26,382 bases of DNA from Calditrichia bacterium. GTDB lineage: Bacteria > Calditrichota > Calditrichia > RBG-13-44-9. A model generated the notes under the pieces. It was not told the DNA's origin and made no database searches. It worked only from the letters and a program-made list of their open reading frames with translations. The stretch covers positions 1 to 26,382 of the forward strand of contig JARRQT010000010.1 of assembly GCA_037381445.1 (NCBI GenBank), given 5' to 3'. The position numbers were made by a program, and so were the translations under genes. Positions 1-7,209 of this stretch are shown here, in pieces (positions within the stretch are counted from its first letter, which is position 1; every line of letters starts with the position of its first letter).

Positions 1-2
1 CC

Positions 3-428
3 GCTGCTGACAACTCCACCGATATTGATAAAGGTGAATCCATCTACCGTCCAACCCGATCCGGCACGGATAACGATTCCGAAAGAAGCATCGGCGGTCT
101 TTGAACCATCGATGATTGTATTTTGTGCGCCTTCCAAAGACATTATGGTCAAACTGTCAGGTCTTGGCGCAGCTATATTTGCGTTCCCATATGTTCCGGG
201 AAGCACTAATATCGTATCCCCACTACTTGCTGCCAGGCAGGCCAGATCAATTCCCGGATAAGGATGCGCCTCGGTGCCATCTGCTGCAGCGGTATCTGCT
301 GCGGCATCCACATATAACTTTGTTAAATCTTGTGCCAGCAAATTATTAACCAAAACTAATTGTGCTCCTAATATTAAGACAATAAGTATTACGAAAGTAC
401 TGAGATGAATTTTGTTGCCAATACTCAT
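3..428 (-). CDS. Secreted right-handed parallel beta-helix (pectin lyase-like/DUF1565-type) protein, N-terminal part only; runs off the window edge
   Basis: Not in the ORF track; translated by hand from ATG at 428 (SD GGAGG just upstream): MSIGNKIHLSTFVILIVLILGAQLVLVNNLLAQDLTKLYVDAAADTAAADGTEAHPYPGIDLACLAASSGDTILVLPGTYGNANIAAPRPDSLTIMSLEGAQNTIIDGS...GWTVDGFTFINIG. Signal peptide, then the YVD...DGT..HPY...GDTILVLPGTY...TIIDG...TVDGFTF pattern typical of beta-helix N-termini. No stop before the edge. Confidence 0.8.
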   Translation of the reverse strand, partial: MSIGNKIHLSTFVILIVLILGAQLVLVNNLLAQDLTKLYVDAAADTAAADGTEAHPYPGIDLACLAASSGDTILVLPGTYGNANIAAPRPDSLTIMSLEGAQNTIIDGSKTADASFGIVIRAGSGWTVDGFTFINIGGVVSS

Positions 429-430
429 TT

Positions 431-493
431 CTACCTCCATTTTTGGTTAACTTCAGGACCACATGAATTATTTACCCTGCATGCCTCCCTCAT
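431..493 (-). CDS. Putative 20-aa leader peptide/uORF (MREACRVNNSCGPEVNQKWR)
   Basis: ATG at 493 directly follows the perfect SD GAAAGGAGGTGA (498-509). Its last codons (TGG AGG TAG) overlap the SD of the gene starting at 428. Confidence 0.35.
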   Translation of the reverse strand: MREACRVNNSCGPEVNQKWR

Positions 494-497
494 TTCA

Positions 498-509
498 TCA
501 CCTCCTTTC
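498..509 (-). promoter_or_regulatory. Extended Shine-Dalgarno-like element GAAAGGAGGTGA (copy 1)
   Basis: + strand tcacctcctttc, identical to 21703-21714; complementary to the conserved 16S rRNA 3' tail UCACCUCCUUUC. Confidence 0.6.
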
Positions 510-586
510 ATCGTGGCATTTTATTCCAGGGTGGGACTTCGAATTTTCTGTTATTCCTGTTATCAGGGCACTAATCTATATTCCCC

Positions 587-2572
587 TTATTTGTGATCCC
601 ATGTTGGGCAAAATCGAATTGCACAACCTCCTCCCGGGGCCATGCTTATCTCCAATTGATCTGAAGAATTAACAACTTTCATTGTGGCCTGTACACTTGT
701 CGGATTTTTAGCCGCATCTTTGCCATCCGAGTAAATTTCGGCCATATATTTACCTGAACCAAGAAATGATAGTGGTATCGATAATACTCGATTCGTCCAA
801 TTCGTCATGCCTCCCAAATACCACTTGTCACCATTTCTTCGCGCAATTATGATGTACTCTCCTACCTCACCTTTAATGAATTTTGTTTCATCCCAGACGG
901 TTGGTACTTCTTTCAGAAATTCTACACCGGTTTGTCCAAAATAAGCCGAAGGATGATCAACCAGCATTTGCAAAGGGGATTCATAAACTACATACATTCC
1001 CATTTGGTGCGCCCGGGTCCCCTGTGCCATCGGGTCTGTAAACTGAGCCTTAAAACTATCTTTGGCAGCAACATGGAATGCTCCGGGCGTGTAATCCATC
1101 GGTCCGGCTAACATACGTGTAAATGGAATAATCAAATCATGCTCCGGACTGCAGTGCTGACTCCATTTGCTATATTCCAGACCAAGCACGCCTTCCCTCG
1201 TAACAAGATTTGGGAACGCCCGTCTCAAACCAGTTGGCTTATAGGCACCATGAAAATCCACCATCAGATGATAGCGGGACGCCGCTTTCACAACTTTACG
1301 ATAATAATTTACCATATCCTGATCGTCACAATTCATATAATCCACTTTGACGCCTTTAATCCCCCATTTTTCATACAATGGAAACGCTTTTTGCATCTGA
1401 TCGCGAACACATTCCCAGTATAACCAGAGGAATATCCCAACTCCCTTGGAATTAGCATAGCGAACAATTTCCGGCATATCAATTTCAGGAATAGTTGTCG
1501 TAATATCTTCATCAGGGGTGTCATGCTTCCCATACCAAAGGGCATCAATTAATAAGTACTGCAATCCGGCATCTGCCGCGAAATCAATATAATATTTCAT
1601 AGTGGCGGTATTCATCCCACCCTTAAAATCCCGTCCGTCGACTACCCGGTCCGACCACCAGGGCCAGGCAACTTTTCCGGGTTTAATCCATGATGTATTT
1701 TCAAGCTGGCAATGATCACTCAAATTCATAATTATGTTTGATTCAATGAATTTTCCCGGATTATCGGAAATCATGAAAACACGCCAGGGTAAGTCATGGG
1801 GGGTATCGATCCGCGCACTCAATGTACTGTCTGACCTTAAGGGCGATAACCTGGAGACAAAGGTATTTTCTTCCTGCCGGAACGTTTTCAGATACATCCC
1901 TGGATAGTCAACCAGATTGGCTTCTGTCACAGCAACCCAGGGACCATCATTTGTATGAATCAATAGCGGCAAACCGATCAAAATATCAGGTTCAATATCA
2001 TCGGTTTTGAGAATCTGATAATTATTTTCGTAGGGCGTCATAAAACCACTCAGCGGTAACACCCAGGCCCGACCTGGTAACATGCGAATAAAAGTTTCTT
2101 CGTTTTCGATATCAATTTTTTTAGGTTGCGATTGTCGCGGAATGGACAAATGAAAAGCTGCCCCTTCATCATAGACGCGAACCGTGAGAATGATTTTTCT
2201 GTTAGGTTTGCTTTTCTCTTCGAGAAAATATCTCATTTCGTTACAGGAATCGTGCAACCATTTGGTCTTTCCAAATGCTAATTCTGAAAATTGATCGACG
2301 CTTCTGCCAATGTTGTTAACAATTTTTAAATCATTTCCCAGCGTCACTTCATTTTTCAGCAAGAGTCTAACCGGGGATGGGTTAATAAGGGTAGAGCCTT
2401 TGTATTGAATGCTGTAGCACAGGTATTTTCCTTCCGGCATGGGATTAGAAAATTTTTTTACATCAATATTAAATTTAATCCGCCCATTAGGGGATGTCAC
2501 TTCCCAGGAAGCGAATACATTTGCAATGATGAAAAACATAATGAGACACGTAAAAATGAGCTTCTTCAGCAT
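587..2572 (-). CDS. Glycoside hydrolase family 97, retaining type (probable alpha-galactosidase), exported
   Basis: Signal peptide (…ANVFA|SW). GH97 motifs WIKPGKVAWPWW, YIDFAA, GVKVDY, VDFHG, TREGVLGLE, PFTRMLAGPMDYTPG, YESPLQM, VPTVWDET. Confidence 0.93.
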   Translation of the reverse strand: MLKKLIFTCLIMFFIIANVFASWEVTSPNGRIKFNIDVKKFSNPMPEGKYLCYSIQYKGSTLINPSPVRLLLKNEVTLGNDLKIVNNIGRSVDQFSELAFGKTKWLHDSCNEMRYFLEEKSKPNRKIILTVRVYDEGAAFHLSIPRQSQPKKIDIENEETFIRMLPGRAWVLPLSGFMTPYENNYQILKTDDIEPDILIGLPLLIHTNDGPWVAVTEANLVDYPGMYLKTFRQEENTFVSRLSPLRSDSTLSARIDTPHDLPWRVFMISDNPGKFIESNIIMNLSDHCQLENTSWIKPGKVAWPWWSDRVVDGRDFKGGMNTATMKYYIDFAADAGLQYLLIDALWYGKHDTPDEDITTTIPEIDMPEIVRYANSKGVGIFLWLYWECVRDQMQKAFPLYEKWGIKGVKVDYMNCDDQDMVNYYRKVVKAASRYHLMVDFHGAYKPTGLRRAFPNLVTREGVLGLEYSKWSQHCSPEHDLIIPFTRMLAGPMDYTPGAFHVAAKDSFKAQFTDPMAQGTRAHQMGMYVVYESPLQMLVDHPSAYFGQTGVEFLKEVPTVWDETKFIKGEVGEYIIIARRNGDKWYLGGMTNWTNRVLSIPLSFLGSGKYMAEIYSDGKDAAKNPTSVQATMKVVNSSDQLEISMAPGGGCAIRFCPTWDHK

Positions 2573-2665
2573 ATCTAAATCCTGACATATATGAGTTAGT
2601 AGTTTAACTTACCCGGCTGAAAACCATTCCATTGATAAAAGGATATCCTGATGCCAAATATCTTC

Positions 2666-3556
2666 TTACATCAAAATTGCAGTGCGAATCGTTAAAAATA
2701 TTCCCAATCCTATAATGACGAATGAACCAAGTATAGGAAGTAACTGTATCCGCTTATCTTCAAAACGGTTTTTGATTAAGTTCGAAGCCCGCACCATGAC
2801 AATGCCGATTGTCATTAGAACAGCTGCAAGTCCAAAACTGAACGCCACTATAATTGTAATACCAAGGACAATTCTTTGCAGAGAAATGGCCAGCAATAAT
2901 ATCACAATGGCTTTGGGACAGGGTACTATTCCGCCAGAAATCCCCAGCGAGATATTACTCCAAAGAGAGATGTTTGGATCATAATGATGGTGCGAATGAG
3001 AATGCGCATCGGAATGATCATGGAAATGACCAGAATGATTCTGATGAACGGAGACAGTCCGATTCCCCTCGATTGGACGAATTGGGATGCTGGAATTAAA
3101 TTCCCGTGCAGCAGCGAGAGGATAAACTGTTGCGGTCGTTATAGGATTTTCCGGTATTTTTTCATTTGGTATTTTCTGAAAAATGATTCCCTTTTTAAAA
3201 GCACGCAAACGAGTAACAAATAGCCAGATTCCGATTCCAAAAATCAGAACTCCGGAGAACAAACCCAGCCAAAGACTCAGTTTTTCAGACCAGAAAAAAT
3301 CTGTTATCAACAAGGCAAGCACGCCAACCAGAATGACGCTGAAAACATGAGAGATAGTTATCGTGACACCGAGTATTACCGCATCCCGAATTTTCCCTTT
3401 TGAACCAATCAGGTAAGCAGCCATTAACGATTTGCCATGGCCGGGGCTGAGGGCATGAATAGCACCGAGAACGAAGGCTATGCCCAAGACCAATGCGATA
3501 ATACCTGGGCTGAGCTGTTGATAATATAAAACTTCTTTTACAAAATCCTGATTCAT
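2666..3556 (-). CDS. RcnA/NicO (HoxN/HupN/NixA-like) nickel/cobalt transporter family membrane protein
   Basis: GAIHALSPGHGKS motif, His-rich loop (HQNHSGHFHDHSDAHSHSHHH), GISGGIVPCP motif, about 6 TM segments. ATG at 3556 (GAGGA SD) preferred over the TTG at 3577. Confidence 0.85.
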   Translation of the reverse strand: MNQDFVKEVLYYQQLSPGIIALVLGIAFVLGAIHALSPGHGKSLMAAYLIGSKGKIRDAVILGVTITISHVFSVILVGVLALLITDFFWSEKLSLWLGLFSGVLIFGIGIWLFVTRLRAFKKGIIFQKIPNEKIPENPITTATVYPLAAAREFNSSIPIRPIEGNRTVSVHQNHSGHFHDHSDAHSHSHHHYDPNISLWSNISLGISGGIVPCPKAIVILLLAISLQRIVLGITIIVAFSFGLAAVLMTIGIVMVRASNLIKNRFEDKRIQLLPILGSFVIIGLGIFLTIRTAILM

Positions 3557-3563
3557 CCAATCC

Positions 3564-4283
3564 TCAACGTCCGGCAAATTTAATTCTGAATTTTGGCACT
3601 TTTGACTGTTCCACTTTTAATAGAGTTGCATCATAAAAAACGCCATAAATGGAAATTTCGTTATTTTTTTGACGGATTCTGCCTGGGAAGGTGGAAAGAA
3701 ATTTTATTCCATCAGAGGCGAACATTTTTATCTGCAAATAGCGCCCCGTAACCTTGTCCTGCTGCTCGGTAAAATCTACCCGCTTTTTAGCAAGCCATAC
3801 AAACTGGCTGCTGTTTTCAAAAAACAATTTGGGGTCGATCTGTATTTCATTCTCGCCATCAATTACAGGCAAATTATTGGCTGAAAAAAGCATTTCCAGC
3901 TTCAATGGGGCGAGAAGTGAATCTTTTTCAAGGTTCGGAGCAAAAACATCGACTAATTTGAGAGTGACTTTGCTTTTGCCAACATAGAATGGCAGTCTTT
4001 TCAGAGAATCATTCACAATTTGTTTATATTCTGCGATGAAATGATCAATTTCATCTTTTGTTAAGACGGTGTCCGCATCAGCATCAATCATGTTTCGAAT
4101 GTGTGGAGCAATTTGTCCCTGGTATACTGATTGATAGAAAATTGTCAAATAACCCCGATATAAATCAATTCTGACATTATCCCGGATTTCATTATTGGAT
4201 TTTGAAAAGACATACCCATGAGCATCCAGGCAGCGAAGTGGAAAAATAAGCAAGATTAGAATTAAAACAGACAAATACTTCAT
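3564..4283 (-). CDS. Exported DUF1007-like protein, partner of the RcnA/NicO-type transporter
   Basis: Signal peptide cleavage LDA|HG would leave an N-terminal His. EF-hand-like DADADTVLTKDE. Immediately upstream of the RcnA/NicO gene, a known pairing for this type of protein. Confidence 0.55.
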   Translation of the reverse strand: MKYLSVLILILLIFPLRCLDAHGYVFSKSNNEIRDNVRIDLYRGYLTIFYQSVYQGQIAPHIRNMIDADADTVLTKDEIDHFIAEYKQIVNDSLKRLPFYVGKSKVTLKLVDVFAPNLEKDSLLAPLKLEMLFSANNLPVIDGENEIQIDPKLFFENSSQFVWLAKKRVDFTEQQDKVTGRYLQIKMFASDGIKFLSTFPGRIRQKNNEISIYGVFYDATLLKVEQSKVPKFRIKFAGR

Positions 4284-4361
4284 AAATAAATCAACTATAA
4301 TTATTTTCTTTTTAAATTTTTCCCTAATTATTATTCGAGTTCACGCCTATTCCTTATGCGA

Positions 4362-7145
4362 TTACCGCAGCAGAAGCATTTTATTAGTTTGTGAATGAGC
4401 CCCCGTCTGCAATCTGTAAAAATATATGCCTGATGGAAGACTCTTTCCATGATCGTCTTTTCCGTCCCATTCAATCTCATATTTCCCCGCAGGCATCTCA
4501 CGGGAAACCAGGGTTCTCACTTTCTGCCCGAGAGAATTAAATATTCCCAGCCGCACATGCCCGGAACCTGGTATACTATATTGTATGCGCGTAACCGGAT
4601 TAAACGGATTCGGATAATTCGCACCCAGGGCAAATTCAGTAATAACCGACCCTCTACCATTATCTTCTACAGATGTTGTGTTTTCCAATTTCAAATTAAC
4701 AAATTCATATTGATCAAATGTGGTAGCCCAAAAGGAATTATCGCGGTTAATATTTGAATAACTGATGTTTAGACCAATATTGGTTCCCGGTTGAAGAGTG
4801 AGCCCGGCGTAATCACGGCGAGCGATAGCTATTTCAATTTGCTGCGGGATTTCCTTTGAGACTTTTAAATGAACCGCCTTGGGGTAGATCACTCGCATGT
4901 GAAACTGGGACTGATATGCGGCGTCATCATCCCACATTCCCCCGGGGCCATTTTGTGAAAGGCTGTAATTCTTCACGGCATCACTTGCATCCCAGGAATG
5001 AAACTCGGAAAAGGTTCCGTTAGTGGGATTTACTCTCATGATGGTATTCCCGGATGAGTGCCACCAGCCATCACCCTGAAAATCAAAATAAATGGCCGGT
5101 ACAGTAAAATAATCCGATTGAATGGCAAGATACAGAGAATCGTCATCATAGCTCATATAGAGTCTTGAGGAAAATCCTTCAGTGGCGAAACTAACCGTAT
5201 CATCTATCAGCGGCCACCCTTCCTCTATGCTTCCGTCAATAAGGGGAGTATATTGGGGGATTGTTGTCTTGATCGGAAATCTGGGGAAAGGATCCTGACT
5301 GTCTTCTATCGAATCGCCATCTGTATCCTTGCGATTGGGATCTGAACCGGTGTAGGCCCCATCCAACGCCTCGGCTTTATCTGAGTAACTATCTCCGTCA
5401 GTATCCGTTATGGTTGAATTGCTGCCAAACCGGGCTTCATCCAGGGCTACCGTTTTATCATTATCCGGGAAACCATCCCCGTCGGCATCCACAGCTTCAT
5501 AGATATCTCCCCAATTATTCTGGAGATATTCATACTCCTTAAATGTTCTGAAAATTTTTGACTGAAAATCGAATTGTTCACCGCAGGCGACCGGCAGAAC
5601 CCAGGGTTGATCTCCATGATACATTTCAGGGAAACCGTTGGCGTCGTAGACAGCATCAATAGCATGTTGGCATTCATGAACAAAGATCCAGGTCAATGCA
5701 TAGTTAATTTCGGGATCATTGCCGGGATAAATGACCCCTGTGCCCATCGGCCATTGTGACTGAGAGAAGCCGGTTTGTCTAGCAGGACCGGGTAGCCCCA
5801 AATCAACCACCCCATAAGACCAATAACCGTTTACAGCCGGAGTGATTCTGAAAATGATATCATATTGGGTGTTCATGACTCCCAGAGTTTTTAAATCGGC
5901 AGCGGTTTTGGAAACACTTCCCCAGGAATCGTCCGGATCACCGAAATCCTTATATGCCTTCCAGGGATAATAAGTAAATTCCACATTTAATTTCATTTCG
6001 GAATTGCGCCAGTAAAACAGTTTCGCAATGTCCAACATTTTCTTCATTTTTGGAATTTCACTATCCGCAATAGAACCGCCATTTGTATTTTGATAGATAA
6101 TGACCGCCACTTTTAAGTTTGCGTAACGGTAATAACCTGCAGCCGAACCTTCGGTCCTTATGGCAACTTCCTCTGATTGCCCAAATTCTTCCCCGTTATC
6201 AATTCGGGCCGTTACTTTATATAAATAGTCTTTCCCTTGGGCCAGCCGAGAATCGACAAAAGTCGTATCCAATCCGCAATATGCAACAGGCTGATCATAT
6301 ACACCGCTCTCGGTTTTCCGGTAAATATTATATCCTTTTAAAGTTCCAACTGCAGGAATAAAGGGCCGCCAGGAGAGATGCACAGTGGTTGCCGTTGCGC
6401 TAAGCTGAAGATTTTTAATCAGACCACTCTCGACAGTTTCCCGGGAATGAGAACTTATAACTCCCGCGGAATTTCTGGCATAGATGATATAGGCAAAAAC
6501 AGCACCTTCGACCAAATCAGCATCAATGAATTCCCCGCCTGAAACATTTTCTGCAATTCGCTGATACACTCGCCGCGATTTCCCGTTCTGCAAGGTGTCC
6601 CGCAAATCTGTCCGGTATATGGAATAAGTCACGTCAGCTGTCGGTGTCCATTGGATAACAGCCTGGCTAGTCTCATTGATTTCGACCTTGATACCAGAGG
6701 GAGGAGAGGGTAAATCTACTGTCGAAAGAGTCAGGTTCGGAGGGAAGTAATACCAGGGAATGGCTGTTATTTTTTCTTTCATAATCCCCTGTTCTCCTGT
6801 CTCATTGCAGGTAAACCGCAGAAAAACGCTATCGCCAATTTCAATAGAGGGATTGTTAAAATTTCCCAGCTCAGCTCCAGCATATCCTTTGCCTGAAATA
6901 TTTGGTTCTCCATCATCCCATCTCGGTGCATTCTCGACTAACACTCTGCTTTGATCACGATTTAAATAAACGGTAAAAGTGGCGGTTGGTGGAATATGCT
7001 CGCACATCGTTGTATTTGAATGTCTGACTATGCCCGAGAAATAGACTGAAGGAATTTCGGTCTGGGCATATGCATAAGTCTGCAAAAAAATGGTTCCGAA
7101 AAATGCAAGAATTAGTACAAATAATGTTCTGTTAATTTTTGTCAT
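4362..7145 (-). CDS. Secreted multidomain zinc-metallopeptidase-like protein (unknown N-module, FN3-like domains, HECQH catalytic motif, DxDGD Ca-binding repeats, CBM9/DOMON-like domain, T9SS/FlgD-Ig CTD)
   Basis: Signal peptide AYA|Q; FN3-like segments (LSW…GYNIYRK…YLYKVTA); WIFVHECQHAID at 5664-5678; DADGDG/DTDGDS repeats; TPLIDGSIEEGW…YDDDSLYLAI; C-terminal NYPNPFNPVTRIQY…WDGKDDHG…SGIYFYRL…KMLLLR. Confidence 0.75.
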   Translation of the reverse strand: MTKINRTLFVLILAFFGTIFLQTYAYAQTEIPSVYFSGIVRHSNTTMCEHIPPTATFTVYLNRDQSRVLVENAPRWDDGEPNISGKGYAGAELGNFNNPSIEIGDSVFLRFTCNETGEQGIMKEKITAIPWYYFPPNLTLSTVDLPSPPSGIKVEINETSQAVIQWTPTADVTYSIYRTDLRDTLQNGKSRRVYQRIAENVSGGEFIDADLVEGAVFAYIIYARNSAGVISSHSRETVESGLIKNLQLSATATTVHLSWRPFIPAVGTLKGYNIYRKTESGVYDQPVAYCGLDTTFVDSRLAQGKDYLYKVTARIDNGEEFGQSEEVAIRTEGSAAGYYRYANLKVAVIIYQNTNGGSIADSEIPKMKKMLDIAKLFYWRNSEMKLNVEFTYYPWKAYKDFGDPDDSWGSVSKTAADLKTLGVMNTQYDIIFRITPAVNGYWSYGVVDLGLPGPARQTGFSQSQWPMGTGVIYPGNDPEINYALTWIFVHECQHAIDAVYDANGFPEMYHGDQPWVLPVACGEQFDFQSKIFRTFKEYEYLQNNWGDIYEAVDADGDGFPDNDKTVALDEARFGSNSTITDTDGDSYSDKAEALDGAYTGSDPNRKDTDGDSIEDSQDPFPRFPIKTTIPQYTPLIDGSIEEGWPLIDDTVSFATEGFSSRLYMSYDDDSLYLAIQSDYFTVPAIYFDFQGDGWWHSSGNTIMRVNPTNGTFSEFHSWDASDAVKNYSLSQNGPGGMWDDDAAYQSQFHMRVIYPKAVHLKVSKEIPQQIEIAIARRDYAGLTLQPGTNIGLNISYSNINRDNSFWATTFDQYEFVNLKLENTTSVEDNGRGSVITEFALGANYPNPFNPVTRIQYSIPGSGHVRLGIFNSLGQKVRTLVSREMPAGKYEIEWDGKDDHGKSLPSGIYFYRLQTGAHSQTNKMLLLR

Positions 7146-7209
7146 TACTCCTTACCCTTTGAGCCTCTTGTTAATGATTTGCTGAATTATGAAATGCAGA
7201 TTTATAGAC

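Noticed and set aside
25..672. Short plus-strand ORFs at the left edge
   Set aside because: Antisense to the beta-helix gene, its leader and the GH97 end, which have much better support.
2980..3050. Low-complexity ATG/TGA-rich stretch
   Set aside because: It encodes the His-rich loop of the RcnA/NicO-type transporter.
5290..5490. Repeated DxDGD-encoding segments as a DNA repeat
   Set aside because: Protein-level Ca-binding (thrombospondin type 3-like) repeats with degenerate DNA, not a repeat array.
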